This document shows, piece after piece, positions 20,553-30,359 of a stretch of DNA of 32,303 nt (its first letter is position 1; each line of letters starts with the position of its first letter). The stretch covers positions 1-32,303 of the forward strand of contig JBEPZX010000014.1 in the NCBI GenBank assembly GCA_041640635.1, in the 5' to 3' direction. Both the position numbers and the translations under genes were made by a program. The notes beneath the pieces were generated by a model that worked only from the letters and a program-made list of their open reading frames with translations, was not told the DNA's origin and made no database searches. Source of the stretch: Aquificaceae bacterium. GTDB taxonomy: Bacteria > Aquificota > Aquificia > Aquificales > Aquificaceae.

Positions 20553-21503
20553 TTACTCCAGGTATTTGTATATTTTAATAGCCTTAGACATTCCTAACTG
20601 ACCTAACACTGCCTTAAATTTTAGTATACCTCCTACCTTTACATCTATTGGTTCTTTTAGGCTTCTTTTCAAAGTTATAGTATCACCCTCTTTTAGCCTT
20701 AAAAGATCTTCTAATGTAATATTAGTTTTACCTAAAAGGGCTTCAATCTTAACGGGAACGTTTTTTATAGCTTGAGAAGTACTAAGTATGATCTTCCCTT
20801 CATTTTCTCTCACCCCTTTCAATAATTCTATGTAGGGTTTTATAGCTTCCTCTGGAATAGCCAAGTAAACAAATCCAGAAATATTTTCCAAATCAAAATT
20901 AAGCTTTAATAGAATTACTTTTTCCCTAGGTTTAGAAACAGTAAGCAATGTAGGATTTATTTCTATGCCTGAAAGAGAAACCTTTACACCCATGACAGAA
21001 TTCCAAGCAACTTCAAGCTCAGTAAGCATAGCTTTTAGTATTTTTTCTATTATCTTAAGCTCTATTCTTGTAAATTCTTTACCTTCTATTTTATAAGGCT
21101 TTGTTGTGCCGCCAAATATGCTACTAACCGTTGCATAAACTATCTTAGGATCTATAATGAGAAAACACGAACCCTTCAATGGACTTATACTAACCAAACC
21201 AATAGCGGATGGGACTGGTAGTTTCTGAATAAATTCAGAAAACTTAATTATGAAAGTTCCTTCCTTATATACTCCACTTATACCCGTCATTATGGGGGAA
21301 AGCGCTCTTTTAAGATTTGAGGTCCATCTTTCAAATATAAGTTCAAGCCCAGATATCCTACCCGCAGCTATTTTTTCGAATATATCAGGATTTATAGGTT
21401 CAACTTCGCCTGTTTTTCTTTGTGCTTCCTTTGGTATCTCTTCCTTTCCTAAAGTCTGCAATAGGAGTTCTACTTCTTCCTGTGAAAGAATTTGATCTGC
21501 CAT
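20553..21503 (-). CDS. fliM: flagellar motor switch protein FliM
   Basis: ILSQEEVELLL, IFGG, EFTRIE, C-terminal SpoA-like domain. Confidence 0.95.
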   Translation of the reverse strand: MADQILSQEEVELLLQTLGKEEIPKEAQRKTGEVEPINPDIFEKIAAGRISGLELIFERWTSNLKRALSPIMTGISGVYKEGTFIIKFSEFIQKLPVPSAIGLVSISPLKGSCFLIIDPKIVYATVSSIFGGTTKPYKIEGKEFTRIELKIIEKILKAMLTELEVAWNSVMGVKVSLSGIEINPTLLTVSKPREKVILLKLNFDLENISGFVYLAIPEEAIKPYIELLKGVRENEGKIILSTSQAIKNVPVKIEALLGKTNITLEDLLRLKEGDTITLKRSLKEPIDVKVGGILKFKAVLGQLGMSKAIKIYKYLE

Positions 21504-21505
21504 AG

Positions 21506-23020
21506 CTATTTACCTCTTAACCAAGACTTTATTACCTTTGCAACCTTTTCAGCATCGCTTTTTGCGGCTCTAGATATGGCGTCCACAGTTACTAGTTCTT
21601 TTGCTCTTGCTCTAAGTTCCTCTATCTCCTTAACTTCTTCCAACTCTTCCGGTATGGATGGAGTAGTAACAGTAGCAGGAGCCATAACAACAGCCTCCTT
21701 TTTTCTGAATCTTCGCAGTATAAAGAAAAGAACAATCAGTCCTACGAGCAATAAAGCGGCAAAAATTGCATACTTTACGTAGTTTTCGTAGGGTAATTTT
21801 TCGGGAAATGCCTGTGTAGCCCGAAAAGGCAAGGTTTCAACACTTACCACATCACCACGTTGTAAATCTATACCAGCAGACGCTACAACTATATTTCTGA
21901 CCTTATTCAGATCCAAATCTTTGAGATTGGCATCTAAAATTACACCCACACTCAATCTTTTCACTTTAAAATTTGGTCCTTCTGTATACGTTTCTTTCTT
22001 GCTAACTTCATAATTAGTTATAGTCTCACTTTTTTCTGATATAAATTGACCACCAGCAGCTACACCCGCTCCAGGAGGAATGTTTGCCTGTGCACCTGGT
22101 ACACCACCAGCACCCGTACCTTCAGTTCTTTCCTTTTTCTTCTGCTGACTAACAACGGCAGTCATATCTGGATCAAACAATTCTTCTTTTTGTTTAAATT
22201 TGGAAAAATCTAAATCTGCATTAACCCTAACTTTTACCCTTCCAAAACCTAGTGTGGATTCCAAAGCTGCCTGTACCTTCTTTTCTACATTTTTTTCGTA
22301 TTCAAGTTTAAGCTTTAATTCCTTTTCACTCACCTTTATGTCTTCTTCCTCTTCCAAAAGAGCAGTAAGATCTATACCTTTGTCATCTATAACTACCACA
22401 TTTTGAGGCTTGAGTTTAGGGACACTAGAGGATACGAGATTTCTGATAGCTTTTACTTGATCTTTCGTAAGCTCATAGCCAGGTTTAACCTTTACAAAAA
22501 CGCTGGCGGATGGTTCCTCTTCTTCTCTTACAAATATAGATTTTTCAGGTAAAGCTATATTAACCTTGGCATCCTCTATACTCGAAAGCTTTAGTATAGT
22601 TCTTGCTAACTCTCCCTCTATAGCTCTTTTGAAGTTTACTTGTTGTTGAAAATCAGAAACTGCAAAGCTTGTCTTGTCAAAGAGTTCATAACCAATAATA
22701 CCTTTGTTTGGCACCCCCTTGGCAGCTAGTTTGAGCCTTAAATCTGCCACCATATTTTCTGGCACTGATACAGTTTTACCATCCTGCCCTATTTTATAAT
22801 TCACACCCTCTTTATCGAGCTCCATAAGGACCGCTTGCATATCCTCTTGAGAAAGACCTGTGTATAATGTAGCATAATTTGGAGAAGACGCATATATACC
22901 TAAAATTAAGAACGCAATTAAAATAGATGAGGGTAAAGCTAAGAAGAAGATTTTTTTCTGTAGTGGAAGTTCCATAAACCTATTTTTGTAATCTAGTAAA
23001 GTTTGTTTCCAATCTGCCAT
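21506..23020 (-). CDS. fliF: flagellar MS-ring protein FliF
   Basis: GYELFD, RAIEGELARTI, PSASV, GGVPGAQAN, TNYEVSK; two TM helices. Confidence 0.97.
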   Translation of the reverse strand: MADWKQTLLDYKNRFMELPLQKKIFFLALPSSILIAFLILGIYASSPNYATLYTGLSQEDMQAVLMELDKEGVNYKIGQDGKTVSVPENMVADLRLKLAAKGVPNKGIIGYELFDKTSFAVSDFQQQVNFKRAIEGELARTILKLSSIEDAKVNIALPEKSIFVREEEEPSASVFVKVKPGYELTKDQVKAIRNLVSSSVPKLKPQNVVVIDDKGIDLTALLEEEEDIKVSEKELKLKLEYEKNVEKKVQAALESTLGFGRVKVRVNADLDFSKFKQKEELFDPDMTAVVSQQKKKERTEGTGAGGVPGAQANIPPGAGVAAGGQFISEKSETITNYEVSKKETYTEGPNFKVKRLSVGVILDANLKDLDLNKVRNIVVASAGIDLQRGDVVSVETLPFRATQAFPEKLPYENYVKYAIFAALLLVGLIVLFFILRRFRKKEAVVMAPATVTTPSIPEELEEVKEIEELRARAKELVTVDAISRAAKSDAEKVAKVIKSWLRGK

Positions 23021-23021
23021 A

Positions 23022-23303
23022 TCACACCTGCATTCTGTTTAGTTCTTGATAAGCTTCCAAGAGCTTGTTCCTTATCTGTATTAGAAGATCGAGGGCGATC
23101 TTAGCCTTTTGGGATTGTAAAACCAATTCGTGTAAAGCTACTTCCTTTCCTTGAAGGATAGCCTCTTTTAAGGATTCTGACTTTATTTGCTCAGTATTTG
23201 CTGCCTCTATAAGCTTTTGTAGCTCTCTTTCAAAGGCTGACTTAGCTATACCTTTAGTTTTACCTCCTTGAGGAACATTTATACCAAGACCTATTATCTC
23301 CAT
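23022..23303 (-). CDS. fliE: flagellar hook-basal body protein FliE
   Basis: QIRNKLLEAYQELNRMQV C-terminus. Confidence 0.95.
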   Translation of the reverse strand: MEIIGLGINVPQGGKTKGIAKSAFERELQKLIEAANTEQIKSESLKEAILQGKEVALHELVLQSQKAKIALDLLIQIRNKLLEAYQELNRMQV

Positions 23304-23707
23304 AGCTCTAATGTCCTCCTTGTTATATCCACCGTCGTGTTAAAAGCATTAAGATTTGCTTCGTAACTTCTGGATGCTGTTATCATGTCTGCCATTTCTT
23401 TGACCAGTTCCACATTGGGCAACCTCACATAGCCTTGAGCATCCGCTCTTGGATTTGTTGGATCATAAACTAGCTTAAAGGGTTCACCTGATTCCCTTAT
23501 GGCAACTACTTTAACGGGAATTGTAAAATGGTTAATGTTTTTTTGGTCTTCCGCCGCCTCAAATACAGGCATGAGCTTTCTAAAAGGTTCACCACTTACC
23601 TTATAGGATTCATAATTAGCTATGTTTGATGATGCTACACTTATCCTTATTCTTTGAGCATACATTCCAGATGCTGATACTTCTAGTACTTTAAATATAT
23701 CATTCAT
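23294..23707 (-). CDS. flgC: flagellar rod protein FlgC
   Basis: SASGMYAQR, SNIAN, YDPTNPRAD.GYV.LPNV, ASRSYEAN. Confidence 0.97.
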   Translation of the reverse strand: MNDIFKVLEVSASGMYAQRIRISVASSNIANYESYKVSGEPFRKLMPVFEAAEDQKNINHFTIPVKVVAIRESGEPFKLVYDPTNPRADAQGYVRLPNVELVKEMADMITASRSYEANLNAFNTTVDITRRTLELWR

Positions 23708-23708
23708 A

Positions 23709-24077
23709 TTATCTTCCCTCCCTTATGATACGCTCCAGTTCTTCCACATTGCCTGTAGCCATTTTCATATAGACTTCGTACGCAATTTTATTTTGTGCCA
23801 TCTTTGCCATCTCTTCCTCAACGCTAACGTTGTTAAGATCGTTACCAACCAAACCTCTATTTACCTCCACGACTTTAAAGTCTTCTTTGCCCGAAGGTTT
23901 TATGTGCTTGTGTCTTGTAACTTTTAAATCACCTCTACTTTCCAAGCTGAAAATAACATCTTTAGCCTTGTACATAGGAGTATCGGCATTTGCTATATTG
24001 CTAGATATTATTTTATGACGTTTCCAAGTGTATTCAAGAAAAGGTTTGATCTTATCAATACCTTTGAAAATATCCAT
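23709..24077 (-). CDS. flgB: flagellar rod protein FlgB
   Basis: SNIANADTP.YKAKDV, NNVSVEEEMAK. Confidence 0.95.
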   Translation of the reverse strand: MDIFKGIDKIKPFLEYTWKRHKIISSNIANADTPMYKAKDVIFSLESRGDLKVTRHKHIKPSGKEDFKVVEVNRGLVGNDLNNVSVEEEMAKMAQNKIAYEVYMKMATGNVEELERIIREGR

Positions 24078-24081
24078 TCTT

Positions 24082-25890
24082 TTACCCCCAAAGTTCTATT
24101 ATTGCTTTACTTATTATATTATCCTTATTTTTAACTTTATCAATCACCCAATTTAAAGTTTCTTCATCTTTTAGCATTTTTGATGAAAAAGCTAGTCTAA
24201 AAATAGATATCCAGTAGATATTATCCTCTTCTTTTGATGTTTCCACAAGTTTTTTGTAAAGCTCCTTGGCTCTTTTATAGTTTTTGCTCTTATAGTATAT
24301 GTCTGCTAGTTCGAAAACAGCAGGTTGTGTGTAACCACTCAACCTTGCAGGTAAGTTATCATCTTTTAGAGCTTCTTCAAGATACTTGGCATTCTTTTGC
24401 ATTATACCTAATATAAGGAGAGCTTCTTGTCTATCTTCGCCATGCAGATCTTTCAGAGATCTATCTATAAGTTTTAAACCATCCAACTTTCCTTCTAGGA
24501 GCATAGCTTGTCCAGAAAGGAAGTATCCTATGGAATTGGTCAAAGACGTTGCAATATGCAAAGCCTGTGGATCTCCAATATAAACTAGAGATCTAGCCAG
24601 TTTCTCAAGGGAAAACAAAGTTACGTAGTTCTTTGGATTAGTTTGATAAAGGTTTTTTAAAACCTCTGCCCATTCTTCAGAATAAGGATCAACTTTTTCG
24701 TATGCCTGTCTTAGAGTAATTAACAATGGATCCAAATTGGCTTTTAAACCTACTATCTGAACTTCCTGATTTAAAGATACCTCCTTTAACTTAATGAGGG
24801 CTTCGTCATAAATTTTCCCTTCCGTTAAGGCAAAATAGTATACTCCTAAAATAGCAGGTATGGATAATTGGTTGTTTATATCTATCCAAGCAGTATAAAC
24901 CAGTAATTTGGCATAATTGGGAAACTTATCTTTATATTTTTTCATGAAGTCCGGGTAAGCCCAAAGTTGAGAGTATAGAAGTCTAGCCATGGGTTTAGAT
25001 AGCAAATTCCCCTTTATTAGGCTTTCTATCCTTGTAAAAGCATCTTTGTGATTGTCTGTCTTGAGATATATAAGAGCTAAGTAGTAATCCACAAAATCCT
25101 TATACTTTTGGTATATATCTTTTCTAGTTAAGATTTCCATATAGAATGAAGCCTTTTTCCAATCACCTATCATATAGTAGCTTACGGCGTATCTGTATAA
25201 GAAGTGCTCGTTGTCTTCAAGATACCTATTCATTTCTCGAGCTTTAGTTAAGTAATCAATAGAAAGGGGATAGTTGCCTAAATTAAATTGATAAAACCCT
25301 TGTATTAGATAATACATATATTCATCTTCTCCTATGTCCTTGGGGTTTATACTAAGTAAAGTTTCCGTTTCCATGGTGCCAGTCATTACTCTAGCGTATT
25401 CCAGTTTAAGCAGATAAGTGGATGCTGCACTTTTCTTATACAGATTAAAAAATATATCCATCGCTTTATCATACATATCCAGAAGAAGGTAAGAATCTGC
25501 TATAAATTCTAGCTGTAGATTTACATAATTGTTTCTTTTGTAAAAAAAAGGATACATATTTAAAAACCCTATTGCAGAATAGACTCCTTCCTTTTTTCCA
25601 GAATAATAAGAAAGTAGCGCATAAGATTTACCAATGTAGATATAAGCAAGTTCCCCATAAGGTCCGTATCTGTCACTTGTGTAAGCTTTTGTAAAATCCT
25701 GGATAGCTTCGATGTAGTTCCTATTTTGTAAGTTTTCATAGCCCTGGGAAAAATAAAGTTTTGCACTGCTGGCATCTAACCTTTCTGCGGAGAAACTAAG
25801 AATGAAAATGACTAAAAGAATTACTATCTTCCTAGTAATTTTGCCATGTGTGAGCAAAGTACTTTCCGTAGAACTCCTTTTTAAATGCAT
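24082..25890 (-). CDS. exported TPR-repeat protein (true start probably downstream of 25890)
   Basis: Hydrophobic signal-like segment followed by several TPR-like helical repeats (e.g. ELADIYYKSKNYKRAKELYKKL). Confidence 0.7.
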   Translation of the reverse strand: MHLKRSSTESTLLTHGKITRKIVILLVIFILSFSAERLDASSAKLYFSQGYENLQNRNYIEAIQDFTKAYTSDRYGPYGELAYIYIGKSYALLSYYSGKKEGVYSAIGFLNMYPFFYKRNNYVNLQLEFIADSYLLLDMYDKAMDIFFNLYKKSAASTYLLKLEYARVMTGTMETETLLSINPKDIGEDEYMYYLIQGFYQFNLGNYPLSIDYLTKAREMNRYLEDNEHFLYRYAVSYYMIGDWKKASFYMEILTRKDIYQKYKDFVDYYLALIYLKTDNHKDAFTRIESLIKGNLLSKPMARLLYSQLWAYPDFMKKYKDKFPNYAKLLVYTAWIDINNQLSIPAILGVYYFALTEGKIYDEALIKLKEVSLNQEVQIVGLKANLDPLLITLRQAYEKVDPYSEEWAEVLKNLYQTNPKNYVTLFSLEKLARSLVYIGDPQALHIATSLTNSIGYFLSGQAMLLEGKLDGLKLIDRSLKDLHGEDRQEALLILGIMQKNAKYLEEALKDDNLPARLSGYTQPAVFELADIYYKSKNYKRAKELYKKLVETSKEEDNIYWISIFRLAFSSKMLKDEETLNWVIDKVKNKDNIISKAIIELWG

Positions 25891-26971
25891 TAAATCTCCC
25901 CTCCTGTATGGAGCGTTTAATATTTTCCATGAGCTTATGGTAGAAGCGTAAATTATGTATAGTGTTCAGTATATAGGCGGTTATTTCTTCTACGTTGTAG
26001 AGATGTCTCAGATATGCTTTTGTGAAATTTTGACAGGTATAACAATCACATTCTTCATCGGGGGGTGTAAAATCATTTTTGTAAACTTCATTTCTTATGT
26101 TAATACGTCCATAAGTAGTAAAAAGCGTACCAGTTCTTGCCATACGTGTAGGTGCAACACAATCGAACATATCCACACCGTAGCTTACAGCTTCTAGTAT
26201 ATCTTCTGGCATACCTACACCCATTGCATATCTCGGCTTATCCCACGGTAGAAGGTTACAGGTAACATTAATGATATTGTGCATAATTTCCTTAGGTTCA
26301 CCAACGGACACACCACCTATAGCATATCCAAAGGGACTTCTTTCCATGGTCAACATAGCAGATTCGAGTCTAAGATCTTCGAAAAAAGCACCTTGAACTA
26401 TTCCAAAAAGCACTTGATCTTCCCTTTTCTTACGCTCTATGCTTCTGTCTAACCATCTGACAGTTCTCTCTAAGGCAGATTTTGCATAAGCGTAAGTTGT
26501 AGGGTATTCTACACATTCATCCAAAGGCATAATAATATCGGAACCTAGTATCTCTTGAATTTCTATGACTTTCTCCGGTGTGAAAAAATGGTAATCCCCT
26601 GCTAGGTGATCTCTAAATTCTACTCCCTCTTCCGTAACCTTCACTTTTGCTTTCCCATCTCCTCTACGTTTTGAGAGAGAAAAGACTTGGAACCCTCCAC
26701 TATCTGTAAGTATTGGTTTGTTCCATCCGATAAACTTGTGTAGACCTTGTGCTTTTTTTATGGTATCCACACCAGGTCTTAGGTAAAGATGGTATGTATT
26801 ACCTAGTATTATTTGGGTTCCTATTTCTAGCAAAAGGCTATGAGTCATAGCTTTGACCGTTCCTTGAGTACCAACTGGCATGAAAACTGGTGTCTGAATT
26901 GTTCCATGTGGTGTTATGAATCTGCCTACTCGAGCCTTTCCATCCCACTTTAAAACCTCAAAACTAAACAT
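25832..26971 (-). CDS. tgt: tRNA-guanine transglycosylase
   Basis: TPVFMPVGT, NTYHL, TDSGGFQ, DCVAPTR, Zn site CDCYTC...H. Confidence 0.98.
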   Translation of the reverse strand: MFSFEVLKWDGKARVGRFITPHGTIQTPVFMPVGTQGTVKAMTHSLLLEIGTQIILGNTYHLYLRPGVDTIKKAQGLHKFIGWNKPILTDSGGFQVFSLSKRRGDGKAKVKVTEEGVEFRDHLAGDYHFFTPEKVIEIQEILGSDIIMPLDECVEYPTTYAYAKSALERTVRWLDRSIERKKREDQVLFGIVQGAFFEDLRLESAMLTMERSPFGYAIGGVSVGEPKEIMHNIINVTCNLLPWDKPRYAMGVGMPEDILEAVSYGVDMFDCVAPTRMARTGTLFTTYGRINIRNEVYKNDFTPPDEECDCYTCQNFTKAYLRHLYNVEEITAYILNTIHNLRFYHKLMENIKRSIQEGRFNAFKKEFYGKYFAHTWQNY

Positions 26972-26981
26972 GGTATTAAGT

Positions 26982-27692
26982 TTAAAGTATTATCACAAGA
27001 AAACCCAATACTAAAACGGAAAGAGCAACAAGACTTTTAAAGTTTACGTTTGTAATTCTTTTGGAAAGTAAGCCACCGAGCAAAACACCAAGAGGAACAC
27101 CTAACATACATTGAAGTATTATTTCTTTGTTTAAATATAGGATGTTTTCCTTGTGGTAAAAAAGCAATCTAAATAAAATATTGGATGTAAAGTAAACATT
27201 TAACATAAGTTTAAAGCTTTGCATACTGTCTGTATTTTGATTTAAATAAACTGCTGGAGGAGGTCCACCTAATCCTACTAAACCAGCCGAAAGTCCACCC
27301 AAAAACCCTGCCAGAGGTCCTAAGTTTTTTCCTAGTCTAAAGCCTAATTTTCCTTTCTGGTGCATGTAGTCATACAGTCCTAAGGCAATTATAAATGTGC
27401 CTATAACAAACTTTAAAAACTCTTTATCTATTATGCTCAGTAAATACGAACCTATGTATATACCAGGTATGGAGGACAGTATCAAGGAAGCTAAAAGCGG
27501 GAAATTTACTTTACCTTTCCGATTTTGGATTAGGATAAGTAGAGTTCCTACTAAATTTGCTATGGCAGAGCTTACTATAACTTCTTTTGGGTTATAAAAA
27601 AGTGAAAGAAAACCGACTATAAATATCCCTGCTCCAAATCCTGTAAAAGATTGAAAAATCCAAGCAAGGAAGGTAGTAAAAAAAGGAATCAT
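26982..27692 (-). CDS. TauE/SafE (TSUP) family membrane transporter
   Basis: Two repeats with GFGAG and GLGGPP motifs; about eight TM helices. Confidence 0.85.
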   Translation of the reverse strand: MIPFFTTFLAWIFQSFTGFGAGIFIVGFLSLFYNPKEVIVSSAIANLVGTLLILIQNRKGKVNFPLLASLILSSIPGIYIGSYLLSIIDKEFLKFVIGTFIIALGLYDYMHQKGKLGFRLGKNLGPLAGFLGGLSAGLVGLGGPPPAVYLNQNTDSMQSFKLMLNVYFTSNILFRLLFYHKENILYLNKEIILQCMLGVPLGVLLGGLLSKRITNVNFKSLVALSVLVLGFLVIIL

Positions 27693-28144
27693 TTACCTAG
27701 AATTTTTCGAATTTTGCTGAAAATCCCCCCAAAGCGTCTCTTGAACTCTAGATTTAGTATTTCTACCCAATAACCTATCTTACCAGAAAGCTTGGAAAGG
27801 TAAGATTTGTCTTTTATACTATCTTTGTAGAGGAACTCTTTTAAAACTTGGTTTGTTTCGTCTAGAGCGCTTATTATTCTTTTTAGCTCTTTTTCGGAAT
27901 CTAAATTGGTTCTATTTATCCTATCCTCGAGGTATCTTTCTATACCTATAAGTGCGGCGTTAAAGCTTGCATTCATAGTTTGAGCATCCGTAGAAAACTG
28001 ATTAATTAGCTCTATTAGTTTAGACCTTAGCCTAAATCTATATTCTGAGATCTCCAAATTGAATGGTTCTTTTGAATTTATATCATCCATAAATTCCTTC
28101 ACTATAATTATCACTCTTTCTTCAATGCTGTAAATTTTTTCCAT
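27689..28144 (-). CDS. hypothetical alpha-helical protein
   Basis: Long ORF overlapping the TauE start by 4 nt; start moved to ATG 28144 to avoid overlap with tRNA-Val. Confidence 0.7.
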   Translation of the reverse strand: MEKIYSIEERVIIIVKEFMDDINSKEPFNLEISEYRFRLRSKLIELINQFSTDAQTMNASFNAALIGIERYLEDRINRTNLDSEKELKRIISALDETNQVLKEFLYKDSIKDKSYLSKLSGKIGYWVEILNLEFKRRFGGIFSKIRKILGK

Positions 28145-28174
28145 AGATTGTATTATAATAGATTCTTGCACAGA

Positions 28175-28250
28175 AGGCACGTAGCTCAGACGGGAGAGCG
28201 CTGGCCCGACACGCCAGAGGTCGGCGGTTCGAGTCCGCCCGTGCCTACCA
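28175..28250 (+). tRNA. tRNA-Val(GAC)
   Basis: Acceptor AGGCACG/CGTGCCT, anticodon arm CTGGC-CC-GAC-AC-GCCAG, GGTTCGAGTCC, encoded CCA. Confidence 0.95.
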
Positions 28251-28251
28251 C

Positions 28252-29238
28252 TTACTCATTTATCATTTCTATGCTTACAAATTCAGCTCTTCTGTTAGTA
28301 AAACGACCTATATCCGACGTATTTTCTGCTATATAGTTAGCTTTTCCGATACCTGCAATTTCTATTCTTGAAGCTTCTATACCTTGTTTTACCAAGTATT
28401 CTTTTACCGTTTGAGCTCTTTTCATGGCTAGTCTTTCATTGTAATCTTTAGATCCTATATTATCTGTGTATCCTGTTACCTTAAGCTTCATCTTAGGATT
28501 TTCTTTCATAACCTTTACAACTTCATTGAGAACAGGAATATACTCCTTTTTTACATGATACTTGTTAAAATCAAAGTGTATTTTTGTATCCAATTTTAAG
28601 GGTACTTCTGAAAATTTCTCCTTTTGGGTTTTATCTTCATACTTAGCGGTTGTATCTTCCTTTTTGGTTTCTTCTTTCGCTTGAGCTACTTTTATAGGTT
28701 TACCAGTGTAGCATGGTAGCTCCTCTCTCTTAGCTATATCCACTCTATACTGCGCATCTCTTATCCATTTAGAAATTTTGCTTCTTAAATCGAAAAGGAA
28801 ATTTTCATTAGGACGCTCCTTTGCCAATTCGTAATTTAGAAGTTCGTAATACGCTTCTGCCTTTCCTAAACTGTCAGGAGCACATGACATCCCCATATTA
28901 TTCCTTACATACTTTATCCTTTCAGCTAAGGCTTTTTCTGAAGAGTTTTCAAAAGCATCCAACTGTTCGTTTGACAGTAGGGCTTTAATTAAAGAGTTAA
29001 AACTTTTTATAGCGAAGATTTGAGATCCTACTTTATCCCCATAACTAGCCAAAAGAATAGATGCATCGTTATAAGCTTTAGCTTTTTCATAATGATACTT
29101 AGAATTTTCGTAGGCTCTTACATTATACCCAAACTCTAACGTTTTTTGACTTTGAATTAAATAGTCCATTGTTCTATTTTCATTAGTTATTGCAAAGCTT
29201 AGTGATGTAAATAAACCTATAACAAAAAACTTTTTCAT
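28252..29238 (-). CDS. exported protein with C-terminal OmpA-like peptidoglycan-binding domain
   Basis: Signal peptide MKKFFVIG after SD AGGAGG; IHFDFNK, GYTDNIGS..YN.RLAMKRA, NRRAE. Confidence 0.92.
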   Translation of the reverse strand: MKKFFVIGLFTSLSFAITNENRTMDYLIQSQKTLEFGYNVRAYENSKYHYEKAKAYNDASILLASYGDKVGSQIFAIKSFNSLIKALLSNEQLDAFENSSEKALAERIKYVRNNMGMSCAPDSLGKAEAYYELLNYELAKERPNENFLFDLRSKISKWIRDAQYRVDIAKREELPCYTGKPIKVAQAKEETKKEDTTAKYEDKTQKEKFSEVPLKLDTKIHFDFNKYHVKKEYIPVLNEVVKVMKENPKMKLKVTGYTDNIGSKDYNERLAMKRAQTVKEYLVKQGIEASRIEIAGIGKANYIAENTSDIGRFTNRRAEFVSIEMINE

Positions 29239-29280
29239 TCTCCACCTCCTTTTTATATAATACTGTAAGTTTAACACAAG

Positions 29281-29724
29281 ATGCGAGCTGTATTACAGAG
29301 GGTTAAAAACTCAAGTGTTGTAGTAGAAGGAAAGCAAGTTGGTTATATAGAGCACGGTCTATGTATACTCCTAGGTATAAAAGTTGGTGATACAGAAAGG
29401 GAAGTGGATAAGCTGATAAACAAGATTATAAACTTAAGAATATTCGAGGATGACTCGGGAAAGTTTAGTAAATCTCTTTTGGATGTGGGAGGGTCTGTTC
29501 TTGTTGTGTCACAATTTACTTTGTATGCAAACACGCGAAAAGGTAGAAGACCAAGTTTTGAACTTGCAGAAAAGCCTGCGATAGCAGAGAGCTTATATAA
29601 CTACTTTGTAAAAAGGATTTCCCAGTACGTCAACACGCAAACAGGAATATTTGGCGCTACGATGGATGTTTACATCCTCAATTACGGACCTGTAACTATA
29701 ATACTCGACTCAGAAGAACTTTAA
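29281..29724 (+). CDS. dtd: D-aminoacyl-tRNA deacylase
   Basis: MRAVLQRV, LRIFED, SQFTL, GRRPSF, N.GPVT. Confidence 0.98.
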   Translation: MRAVLQRVKNSSVVVEGKQVGYIEHGLCILLGIKVGDTEREVDKLINKIINLRIFEDDSGKFSKSLLDVGGSVLVVSQFTLYANTRKGRRPSFELAEKPAIAESLYNYFVKRISQYVNTQTGIFGATMDVYILNYGPVTIILDSEEL

Positions 29725-30335
29725 TGTTGAAGGTTGTTCTAACTGGCAATATAGGATGTGGCAAATCTACAATTGCGAATATGTTTAAGGAATTATCTTG
29801 TTATGTGTTTGATGCGGACAAAATAATAAAAGGATTCTATGATGAAAAAGGCAGTGTTTACAAGGAAGTTGTAAATAGATTTGGGGGAAGCATACTGGAT
29901 AGCCAGGGCAATATAGACAGGAAAAAACTTGCCAATATTGTATTCAAAAACAAAAAAGACTTAGAGTTTTTAGAAAGCGTTACACACAAAGCTCTGTATG
30001 ACAGGTTGGAAGAAATATTTAAGACGCTTCCAAAAGATTCTATTGTGATAGTCGAGGCTTCTTTGGTTATAGAAAAAGGCACTTATAAAAACTACGACAA
30101 AACAATCGTTGTTTACGCACCTTACGAAATATGCAAAAAAAGAGCTATAGAGAAAGGCTTTACCTCAGAAGATTTCGAAATAAGATGGAATAAACAAATG
30201 CCAATAGAGGAAAAAGTAAAATATGCTGATTACGTAATAGACAACTCTAATGGAGTGGACAAAACAAGAGAACAAGTAGTTGTCGTTTACCAAAAGCTAA
30301 GAGAAGAACTAAGCAAAAGAAGCTCGCAAACTTAA
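29724..30335 (+). CDS. coaE: dephospho-CoA kinase
   Basis: LTGNIGCGKST, DADK, IDRKKLA..VF, ADYVIDNS. Confidence 0.97.
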   Translation: MLKVVLTGNIGCGKSTIANMFKELSCYVFDADKIIKGFYDEKGSVYKEVVNRFGGSILDSQGNIDRKKLANIVFKNKKDLEFLESVTHKALYDRLEEIFKTLPKDSIVIVEASLVIEKGTYKNYDKTIVVYAPYEICKKRAIEKGFTSEDFEIRWNKQMPIEEKVKYADYVIDNSNGVDKTREQVVVVYQKLREELSKRSSQT

Positions 30336-30359
30336 GGTTAAAACTGACAGGATATAAAG
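30331..30359 (+). repeat. highly degenerate CRISPR-repeat-like sequence (R0)
   Basis: ...TTAAAACTGACAGGATATAAAG; last 11 nt identical to R2, last 10 nt identical to R1. Confidence 0.45.

Noticed and set aside
12378..28250. The two tRNA genes as integration sites
   Set aside because: No duplicated tRNA 3' ends or integrase seen, and the flanking genes look like core genes.
28148..28336. 62-aa ORF
   Set aside because: Translation of the tRNA-Val gene and of the antisense strand of the OmpA-like gene.
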